From positions 43,214,001-43,278,000 of the forward strand of contig OZ260661.1 of the NCBI GenBank assembly GCA_965285935.1: DNA of 64,000 bases, in the 5' to 3' direction. The DNA is from Ophelia neglecta (lineage: Eukaryota). Every line of letters starts with the position of its first letter. Position 1 is the stretch's first letter. Below are positions 53,097 through 64,000 of this stretch, one piece after another. The translations under genes were made by a program, and so were the position numbers. The notes under the pieces were generated by a model. That model was given only the letters and a program-made list of their open reading frames with translations, searched no databases and was not told the DNA's origin.

Positions 53097-56000
53097 ACTG
53101 GTGACCTTTTTCTTATATTCCCTGCTAGCCCATCTATTTAATTTGATCCAGCAAAATACAAGGTTTGTGATTATAATAACCTTCCCTGGTGCTTAAACCT
53201 AAATTGAATGAAAGAGTCATGAGGATGAATGAGCCATTGTTGGGTGATTTGAAAAAGATGATGCCCCAGGATAACTAGAGGACAAGGTGTGTGAGAAGGT
53301 CATGGATTTATTGCTTTCTAACAACGGGGAACCAAGCAGGAGTGTAAAGAAACTCTCTTTGTAGCATGCTCCAGTTACCTGGTGATAACATGAACATAGT
53401 CAATGTTCTTATTATGTCAGTGGTCAGCACTGGGCTGAAGTTAATGGCTTTACTGTGGAAGAAAATCATAACATCTCCTTCCTATTTTCTCTACAGGTGA
53501 GATGCTAATGTCCATCAATTTTCTCCACATTCTCTCTATGTGCAGAGCCTTTGGCAACACCCTCCACCCCAGGGAGGCCAACGAGGCCCTGAGGACTAGG
53601 GAAACATGGGAACCAGCTTAATTGCTATCAGTGTATATTTCACTGTTTTTAATTAGACTGGAGCAATCTAATTGTTTGTGAATGATGATGTTACAGCCTT
53701 GAAGCTTGCCTTCATCAAGCACAATTTATATACAGTGCAAATACATCTATGCATTAATGTTGATTTGCTCTGCTGCGGGGCAATTTCCCTCCTAAATTTG
53801 AACAATCAAAGCATTGACATTGATGTAGCTGGTACATGTAATTTTAAGAGTTAGGTATTGAATATATAAATTGTTTCCCTGTTAGACACTTGGTACATTT
53901 GGCTTAAGGGAAGGTAGATTCAGGAGGTGACCTAAAGCAGTTTGGCTGACCATTATACTGGATGGAAATAGCCAGCAAAGCTGATAGGTAATCAGTCAGG
54001 GAGTGAAATTCATTTGTTTCTATATTGATTTTGTCAGTGAGTTGGAGTGTTTCTGGTATATGGAGGGCTCACAGTATCTCCTCTTGCTGCAGAGAATTGC
54101 TCTTGGCTTTGGTCTAATAAACTGCTCTGGCCTCAGTAGGGGGCAGCGGATTTCTTTTCTAGAATGTCTAAGCTTTTTGGTGCAGTTTTGGTTTATGCAG
54201 GTCAACAAATTATTCCTCAGAACTCCTCTTGCAGCATGCTATGATTGATGTTGACAAGGTCTCAAGGGGTGTATTGGTGGCAATATTTCATAACAAAACA
54301 TGTGATGTTCTGAAGCGGCCAGGAGATGGCTGGCTTGTGAAGGACAATGCTGTAATTGGTCATTCTGCTAGGGGGTGAGCTTGTCAAACCAGTGGTCATG
54401 CTGGGCAAGTTCTTTGAAAGTATTACTTGAATAGAAATGCATTTGGGTCAACATTCAGGTCAACGGACAGCCCAGGTGGGCTGGGTCATCAGGAACAGAC
54501 CCTAAATGCTAGCAACCCATCCTAAAATCCATAGGTCACATGCTTAAATATTCCCACAAAAATTCTCTTTAGGCTACATGATGGAGCTGGGAGAGAATGG
54601 TGCTATTTCAGATAGACAGGCTGACTTTTCAGACAGGCAAGGGAGCAGGCAGGTCATCTCATAGTCATGCTGCTGTCCTGCCCTCCGGCTAAACAAGCCA
54701 ACTAATTGCCTACACATGTTTTTATTCACAAGGCCGCCATACAAATTTACAAGGCTATGATATGACCTCCCTGCTATTACAATTCCCATTCATTGGCATA
54801 TACATTGCCCCATGCTGTACCTCAATAGCTGAGCATTATAAAGACAAGATAAACTTAAATGATGAAAAACATAATCCTGCTTGGCCATTTAGCTGACATG
54901 TGTTTCTGTGCCAAGCCATTAAAATTGTTTCCCTTGCAGGGCTGTTGTGGGAGTTGGAACATTACACTGGCACATTGTTGGGTCATTGTTGAGAGGAGAG
55001 TTAAAGGACTGAGCTGTGTTGTTGGCAGACTCTCCCAGTAAGCTTCTTCCCTTACAAACAAAATATTCTCAGGTATCCATTGATTATTGGAGGACCTTTA
55101 CTATTTGCATTCATTCTATTTTGTTTGCACAAAGGCTTTTAATTTGCTCCTAATGGCTGGAGATGGTGTTTGTGAATTATTGTTCACAAAAGGGCAATTG
55201 ACAGTCATGAAAAAAAATATTCCAAGTAATGTCTTTTCACCCTTTCTAGTGTGCAATCAATTACAAACTAAAATTAATGTTTTTTATTAGGCTAAGTTTG
55301 TTTTTTTCCACTGATAAATCAAGTCAAGCTTTTGATGTTTCCCTGCTTTTCATGCTTCAGTTTAGGGGTGAATGCTACAATTAATGACTGTCATCCTAAA
55401 TGGATGCTGTTCTGGTTGCTGACCATTCCTGATGAAATATTAAAATATTGACATGAGAATATATCATTAGCTTAGTGAACCGGCCCTGGTCTTTGTTCTT
55501 CTCCATACTGTCATCTATAATTGAGCCATAATTGCATAAAAGGCCCTTTTTCATGATAATATTCAGACAACATAAGCCATGTTTGGAAGAATCAATGCCA
55601 TTTTCACATGTCCAGTGTCCATCATATCTCATTGAGTTAGTAGTTTCCTTGTGATTTGCAGCCCATCAAACATCAGAGGCCTCCCTTTCTCATCATCTTG
55701 TCTATGAAGAATAGCCATCCAGGATTGATGATATTTTGATGTGTGTAACTTCTTCCAAGACCAGTCCAAATTGTTGAGCGTTGGGTTGCATGTTTTGCTT
55801 GGGTTCATAACTATGTAGGTTGTTGTATCAGTAGTGGGCAGGAGTTGACCTTTGTGGCCCCTGCCAAATTAGACTGACCAGTACACCTGCCAGATTACAT
55901 GAGAGGCACCCCTGCCCCCAGGGACAGGTTATAGATGGGGAGGAAGTACAATTAAGGTAGATCGGCTGTCCGTTGGGGTTCCTGTTAAACCGCAAGTTGG

Positions 56001-59000
56001 CCGGGCTAGAATCCCTTGATTGCAGCCCAGAGATGAGGACCAAATTGGCCTGTCTGGAATGGTAAATCTCAGGATGCAGATTGTGGAGATGGCTTTGCAC
56101 ATTTATGCTCTACTTCATTCCTAAGCTCACAGGGGTTATCCTTTATTGACAAATCGTTTAAAAATCATATTTTTGTAGGTGTATGTTTATTAAAACAAAG
56201 CATTGTAAGTACTTTAAATGCCCAATTCCAATTAAAGCTTTTGATAGAAGTTGACATTATTGTTTTACAAACATGGATGCCGTGTTTAACAGGCCCAGCC
56301 AGCTTCTTAAAAGCCCTGTTAGCTGGGATGATTTGTTTACATGTTTACATGATAATTTCTTTACATGTTTTCATGATTAACAGGTGGGTGTCACATCAGA
56401 ATAGAATTACATATTATGTTTACTCCAGACTTCTTGTGAAGTCTGATCCCTTAAGAACATGTGTTGCGGCTTTTAATTTATAATCTTCATTTTACCACAC
56501 ACAAAAAAAGTGTCTAATTTACAATGTACAATAAATTTGGGTGAGTTTCTTTCTGGTTGTCAGAGCTGGACTGTGTTCCGTGTGCCTGTTAGTTTAGTAT
56601 TGGGAGTGACAGGAGTGGTGGGTGAGTGGGGCTTGCCAACCTGTTGGGAAGGTATTGGCCGCATGTCAATTTAGGAATCAGATCAAGCCCATTAGGGAGA
56701 TCAATACAGTGCATAGAGGGATTTCAGATGATGTGGGCTGAGAAACAAGGTGGTCAGTCTGAGGCTTTATCCCTGTGGTTGTCGTGTCCAAATCACATAA
56801 GGCCTGGTCATTACTTTAGGCTGGTGTGCCCAGCACTGCCCAGAATAGTGGCAGATGGATGAACCTTATAGGAGCATGGGGCCTTCAGATGAAGATGAAT
56901 TTGGTGCCGGAGTTGACTGTGACAGCAAAACGTATGACTTGGAAATTGGCCTGAGGATGCTATGGTGGGTGTTTATCACCAAGCTTGGCCAGTGGGCATG
57001 GTACCATAGATCCTTTATTTAAGGATTCAGTAGGCAGAACAGTCCTTGCACTACGCTGGGTACTGGTCATAGCAATCTATTACTGAGTTAAAGCATCATT
57101 ATGTGATAGGGGAAGTCTGGATGATCAAGGTTGGAAAAGTCTGCAAATTAGCTCAACCTATGATTGAGTGATTTGGGCAATGGACCTAAGCAGTAGGGAT
57201 GGGCATTGGAGGGCAGTGGTTGGCCCGATGGATCAGTTACCCGTGCCAAGGGCACTGCTCGGAGCTGTTTGTGATTGATGTTAAAGCCTGTTTATGTGTA
57301 ATGGTCAGGTCAGGTGGGGGATGGTGCTATGACATTTGTTTGGTAATTTATTGCTAAAAGTTAATTTGAATTTCAAAGGGTTGCCACCCCCATATTGCCC
57401 AAGGTAAATTTTTCTGCACATCAATGGATGCACCTAGTTGAGAGGCACTGGAGGTGCAGCCGAAAAGAGTGGTTTATCATGCTTCCCCTGCTGGTGCTCA
57501 ATACACCCTGGTACAACCTGCAGCATTACATTTTCACATTACCCTAGTTTCCTGACCATTGAACAGTTGAACTTGGCCCTTCAGCCACTATGGCCAGACC
57601 ACAGTGCCTTAGGCCACTCTGGGCCAGTAAGCCATTGTGCTGCTGTGCTACTTTAACCAGCATGAGGGTTTTACATACAAGTAGCAGGTGCTTGAGCACA
57701 GTGGAGAATCATTGTCCAGTTTGGGCTTCTGTCAGACGGAATGTTAGCCTCTCATGGGTCCAAGTGGCAGTAGTGACTGTAGAAGCATTAAAAACAGCAA
57801 TAATACCCGTGTTACCCTGTTTGTGCCAGAACCAAGGCCATCAGATCAATTGGGAGGCACAGGGGAAACATATAGCTGGGAAAAACATCTCAGGTGGATT
57901 TATTAATATCTACTTGTGTGTTATGTCTTCTGGCCCATAATAGCACCACAGGGTGTAACCGGACTGTATAGCTAGACTTGTGGTATGCAACAAATTGAGA
58001 GGAAATGCTTGTATCTAAACAAATCAGCCTTCATAAACATACGGATATAAATTGTATTATGAAAGTATGCTGAGCTGGGCTACTTCTCTGTAAAGATCAA
58101 ATGTAGTCATCATTGAATTAGAAAGGATGGGCCTCATTAATTTCAATGTGATTTATTTTGGCCTTTAGCCACTGACAGAATGTAAAGTGTTCACCATTTA
58201 ATAGATGGCCCTACAGTGCTGCAAAGGGCACTTTTCTAAAGGCACCTAATGATAAAGCACTGAAAAGTCTTCTAAGATTTCCTTTCATAATTATTGCAGT
58301 GAAACATTATCCCTTACATATTCTTTCAGCGGGACTTGGGATTGGCGCTAGATCACACTGTCTATTCATTTTAAGAAGGCTAGGTTACAGTGCTGCTTCA
58401 CTCCATTAATGTAGCTACATTGAGGCGCCCTTTATGGTTCATACCATTAATAAAACAGTCATAATGCCCCATTCATTAATCCTGTTTTTCATGTCATAGA
58501 CAATTAAGAGCCCTTACAAATCCACCATGCAGATTGGATGGTTGTATTTAATCCATTTTTTATGATGAGGATCTATGTGTTTGACCCATAAATGTTTATA
58601 TCTAGCTTGCACATTGAATATAAGTGAGCACCCAGTGTCATTCTCAGACCCACTTTGGAAGCCATCACTTCTGCTTGCACTTTTAATAAGCCACAAGAGC
58701 AATATCATCCACTGGGTCATGGTAACCACCGAGTGTATCTGCTTTTTCTCATCTTTCCTCCTTGGGCAACCAGGGGGAAATGTTCAGCTTTAATCAACAT
58801 TCATCATATTTATGGCACCTAACATGAGATCTATTTCCTTTCTTCTCTGTATCCAGGTGCATGTGTGATATTAGATGATTTTTTATATTACTGAGTAGTG
58901 CAATAGTTCATAAAACTAACACCGGCTTCCTGCAAGTTCACTCAACTCAATTTTCTGCCTTCTTGGTCTCTATAATTGTCCCATGAAAGGACATGTAGCA

Positions 59001-59682
59001 AGTATCAATCCAATATGATGTAATCACCTTCAAAGTGGGCATGAGAGTTGTGAGGGGTTCACAGATAGGGCCCCACCCTGAGCTAAATGTTGTTAAGTTA
59101 TCACCAAATGAATCAGGCCATTGTAATAATGCTGATGGTTCTTCTGTAATTTGAAGTAGAGAAAGTGGTTGGCTGTGGCCATGGAGGCTGTGTGATTGTG
59201 TGTCCTGCCAGCTGACACTGGTTGATAGGTGCACTCTCCTTTCCTCAGCAGATCCAGCAGTTCCATGTCAGGGAGCTTTTGGTATCTGCCTTGTTCAGGG
59301 CTTGATTATTTTTATCAGCACCTATTGGCATGCCAGAAGACCCCTTGTGTGGCAACATTATGGCAATCTCAGTGCCAGACTGGGGACATTGCTGTGTAGA
59401 TGGGGTCCGCTGGCTGTGCTCGGTGGGTGGCCACACCCTGACTATTCACTTGGACCATGCATCATTGTCACCATTAGTCTTTAGTAATGGAGCCAGTCAC
59501 CATTCTGGAGATCACCAGACTCTCAACCATGAAGCATTTAGAGCACCAGTCAAGGAAATCAGAGATGAAAGTCTGAAGATAATTAATGCACAAATGCCAC
59601 ACAATCTAACAGTAAATCAGAGTCTTTGTTCTGGGTCACACCTCAAGGGATACATGAACATAACTTACAGGAACTTCAATGA

Positions 59683-59697
59683 CCCCCCCCCCCCCCC
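59683..59697 (+). repeat. Poly-C tract
   Basis: C15. Confidence 0.85.
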
Positions 59698-59789
59698 TTA
59701 CTGCATAATTGAATTGGCTGAGTCACTTGAACCCTTGAATTGAGTTCAATTGAAGCATGAACCTAGAAGATCTGGCAAGTGACCAGTGT

Positions 59790-59846
59790 AGACATTGAAC
59801 TCCCTGCCAGATTGCAAGGGTAATTCTTCCCACCCTACAGCCACAC
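59790..59846 (-). mobile_element. Possible degenerate tRNA-derived SINE head
   Basis: The minus strand reads GTGGCTGTAGGGTGGG...(about 25 nt)...GAGTTCAATGTC, like decayed Pol III A and B boxes at tRNA-like spacing. No intact cloverleaf. Confidence 0.25.
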
Positions 59847-62800
59847 CAGGGGATTAATAGACCAGATTAATGTCCAGTCTTGACAAAAATTTAAAGTTAT
59901 TTTAGTCCATGTTGTGGCAGGAGGTCGTCTTAGTGATAGACTAGTCTCATCTCAGATTCAAATTTCTTGTGTTTGTCCGTGAACCTTTACACCTCTTGCA
60001 GCCTCTGGAGCTGAATTTGCTTGATTGCTTCTCCCACATGAGGCTGGATATGCCCTATATTTGCTTAGTGATAAATCTCATCTAACAGTAGGATCACCAG
60101 TGGCAAAATAGAGTAACAATAGAAGGGAGACCTTTACAGCTGCTCTAAACCTACCGGTATATAACAGTGACTGTCCTGCAGTTCAAAAAAATTAGGGACA
60201 CCATTGTATTGTGCACTGGCTAGCAACATCCTTGAATGTGACTGAGCAATAATAAATCCTAGGTGATGCAATTTCTACTCCTGTGATACTTTAAAGCAAC
60301 ATTCATTAAGCAAAAAGACTATCCAGATATATAGTTTCAGTCCCATTTTGGACTTCTCTAGCTAAGAAAAGACATTGAGTGACAACCTTGATAATAATAG
60401 ATACAACCACATATTGTATAGCATTTTTTTGAGAAAAGACGTTTTTTTAGGAATTGTTTCGTGTGAACACAATGTCACTCAATTGCCCATAAGAGAGTCA
60501 CCATTAATAGTTTATGATCATGAGATGGTCACCCTTAAAAACTTGTCAATAGGGACATGATCTTCTTATAGTAATCCAGCTAAGGTGTTCCCTTGGCTAT
60601 TGGCTGGATGCTGGTTGTGTGGCTGTCTGGCAGCAGGACACCAGATTACCTAATTAGACTGGAGTCTGTTGTTTTTGCCATCAGCAATTGGATCAGAGGT
60701 GTGTCCTTCTGAGAGATACCAGGCCAGGCTTTGCCTGCCTGGTTCCTGTCCTGCCTGCCCCCTTCCCCCTCCCTTGTCAGACCTTTTTCTTGGTTCTCCT
60801 TTAGTAGGACAGACATTATCTTGAGGCAGTTTCATAAAGCCATTGTATGGTAAGAAGATCACATTTATTTTACAACCAGGTGTACAAAACTTAAAGTACA
60901 CCTGTTTCACCATCTTGTGTCAATAATATATTACTGGTCTTCACTGTTTCCCCTTGACAGTTAATTGTCTTGACTTTAGCCAGATACAATTTATTAATAA
61001 TGATGACTAAATACATACATGTACATTACAGTAATCACTAAAACAAGTGGTACGACATTGTAATGTCAACATGTCTTTGTAATTGATATTACCCAGTAGC
61101 AGAAATATTTTAGAAATTGGAAAATGAAGTTAGTAGCAGTTAATATTGTTCATATAATTTGTTCTTTTTTATGGAGAATGTACAACTTTTATATTTCATA
61201 AAATTCAAGTTGGAGTACTTTGGGTGTGTAAGTTTACAGATTGTTGGTAAAGGCCTCCCAGTTGTTAATTAGTTTTTATAGAAAAATATGAGACTCTGTC
61301 TCACTGCTATGGGTCTTACCACATATTGCATGCATAAGAAGAAGCTTTTAAGTTGAGGCCAAGAAGGGAAAAATTAACAATTTTCTTATGTAAGAGAGAC
61401 ATATGGTGGCTTTTGTGAAACCCAATTTATGATTGATGCCATTGTGATTCCAATTTATGAGTACCAAGTCTCATAGATAGGTTCTGACACATTCAGGTAA
61501 CTAACTTAGGTTCTTATGTAAGTAAGGAGTATGCAGCTGTTGTGCAGACCATATTTGCAATTAGAATCCTCAGACAAAGTTTCTCAAACAAGGCTTGCAC
61601 TATATAAAACTACACCCCTAGGGCCACTTGCAAGGGGCCACAATGAAGGAAGTGTGAAACATTCCCATTTGTAATGAAAACTAAATGGAAAATTATTTGG
61701 AAACAAGGTTGTCATTCATGGTCTACCAGATAATGTAGGAATATTTCAAGAAGAAAAAAAAAAATGATAATATTTTAATATTATTGAGAAGTTACCATCT
61801 GTGCCTACAGTTAGGGTTACATATTATTGTTTTTGTGTGGGCACTTGTACACAGTCCAGAGGTGACATAGATTTCAAAGGAATAGTTAATATTTAACCTA
61901 TTAGAATCTTTTATGTATAAAGAATGTCAATATATTTTGTTGTTTTTGCAGTATAAAGGATCCAGAGTATGGAATCTGAAATATGGGAAATACATTTAAA
62001 ACATGACTAAAGTGGAATAATACATTGAATAATTGTAAAATGAAAAAATGATAAAACACCAAATGAAAAACGATGAACAGTCACATGCAGTATCTATTGT
62101 TTAAACATATACATGTACACATATGTAGAAAATAATGGCCTAGGTAAAAAAAACTGTCAGATTTTTCACTTATAATGAGCTACATGTACAGTGGCACAGT
62201 GTGCTTGTGATACTTATCATTAAAATTATTGCTTTTAAATTGACTAATTGATGAGTTTGGGGAGTGAAAGGACAGATATCCAATATCATGATAATTGTAC
62301 TATCCTGTATCTAATGTCTAATCTAGGAAATCTCATTTGTTAAATTTTATTCCCTGTCATCCGAGATCCTTCTTTGCCTTCATGCAATATTTTAAGATAT
62401 CATTTTGCTTCATTTTATTACATATGTTCGCTATTTTATTAAAGACAATTTGAGACAAGGATGTACATGAACATTGAAACCAATCACGATATTATCTGTC
62501 ATGTAATCTGTTCATGCTTCAATCCAATTTAATAGGTAAGCCAATTTGATATGTGATACTATGATATTTAAATGGTAATGTGAGGAAAGAAGTATCAGAT
62601 GCACCAATTAATATCCTTGCTCCATATCTAGGAATTTCAATTATCTGCACTTGCAATTTCAGATTAATCTGTTGACACTCTTGATTATGAACACAGCTTT
62701 TTTTCATAATAACAAAGACCTGGTGTTGAAAACTGACACTTTTCTTGGGGAAGTTGGACGAATTGTGTAAGAAATGGTAATAACAAGAATCCTTTTTTTG

Positions 62801-64000
62801 TGACGAACTAGAAATTTTGTGTTGTCAGTCTTTAACTAAAAAAGGTTGATGGGGTATGTAATGTCTGGAAGAATTTGGAAGAAAATCAGATGTATGCAAG
62901 GTCTCAAAAAGTATCAACAAATCAGAGGAACATTTTTATTGGAATGCCCTGTATAGGCTCCCTTTTCAAAAGAAACTCAGAGAAAATTGAAACTGGAACA
63001 TGATTCTCAACTATGTTGCTAACAACAGGAAATGTAGCCATGGGAAAGGGTGGGTTGACAAATGGTCTACGTTTTGCTTTCACATAAATGTTGGACCACA
63101 AATTTGATAGGATGTTTGAGAAATGATGTAGTATATGACTGTACCAGGGCACCATTTATTGTGTGATGATTGGAATGGTAGGGGTGGTTCTGAGACAGCC
63201 AGGAACACCTAAATTGTTATTTGCAACTTAGCAGTGCCTGACAGTAATCCTGTGATTTTGGGGCCAGTTCTGCTCAGAATTTCAGCCAGAGCTAAGTGGA
63301 ACAGTTTGCTTAGACTGAGCAGTTCATTGAATAAACAACGACGCAAAAAGGAAATGATGGAACACAGGCAAATAAGAATAAAAATACTGAATGTAATTTG
63401 TTGAAAAGTGTGTGCCCTGAGGATGTATCCTGTTATGAATAAATATCTCCTACTGTTACAAAGAGAGTATATATTTATATACTAAAAAAAAGTTGTAAGT
63501 ACATTTATAACCTCAGATGGTTGACCCACATTTCCTGATTCATTAAACTGAAGTAAGCCCACAAGTTCTAAGATAGAGAGGCAAACCACTTCTATCAACA
63601 TGTGTGCCACATACATTCTCTGCCTGCTAACTGTTTCTGACTTCCATCTCTTATCAGGTGACATTTATAGTATAAATTATGGAGATTATCCTCAAAACAT
63701 GTCACATTTATAAAAGCTGGCTATACATCTAGATCTGTGTAATCATGTAAATGTAGCCAGGCCAGGATTGGACCTGCTCAGCAAATACTATTAATGTAAT
63801 TGTTATTGGTCATCCTGTAGCCAGTTTCCCTTGTCCAGCCGCCTGATGGTCTGTTGGTCTTAGCTCTGGCAGGTGATAACTCTTCTGGTACTGACCAAAC
63901 TAAACTCACTGGAGCCTGATGCATCAGACCATCATTCTTTTGGAGTTGGCAATTGATTATTTGCCTAATTTTAGGTGTTTTGACTAAGAGATAACGTGAG

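Noticed and set aside
5367-55110. About a dozen octamer (ATGCAAAT/ATTTGCAT) sites
   Set aside because: They are scattered and plausibly explained by AT-richness plus TG/CA excess; a proper background model is needed.
60178-60205. Tc1-like end CAGTTCAAAAAAATTAGGGACACC, sharing AATTAGGGACA with the MITE
   Set aside because: No matching opposite TIR or TA duplication was found.
1375-63664. Remaining short ORFs (60-137 aa) in the track
   Set aside because: Their length and composition (rich in C, L, I, F, H) fit random ORFs in AT-rich non-coding DNA. I recognise no domains, including transposase or reverse transcriptase.

Overview
This is eukaryotic, almost certainly animal, genomic DNA. It is AT-rich (roughly 37% GC by eye), strongly CpG-depleted, and full of TACATGTA motifs and poly-G tracts; these traits suggest an invertebrate such as a mollusc or other lophotrochozoan, which is an inference. 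I cannot support any recognisable protein-coding gene, tRNA, rRNA or CRISPR array. The long ORFs in the track are mostly by-products of two minisatellites (33-bp unit at about 13.9-15.0 kb, 21-bp unit at about 27.8-28.7 kb). Well-supported features are a 177-bp TA-flanked Tc1/mariner-type MITE, a 5'-truncated SINE/LINE 3' tail with an 8-bp target-site duplication, a ~213-bp tandem duplication, the two minisatellites and several low-complexity tracts. The window most resembles a very long methylated intron or gene desert. It contains a few low-confidence short-exon, microexon and recursive-splice-site candidates and some CpG-retaining enhancer-like islets. I did not find a convincing novel multi-gene system.
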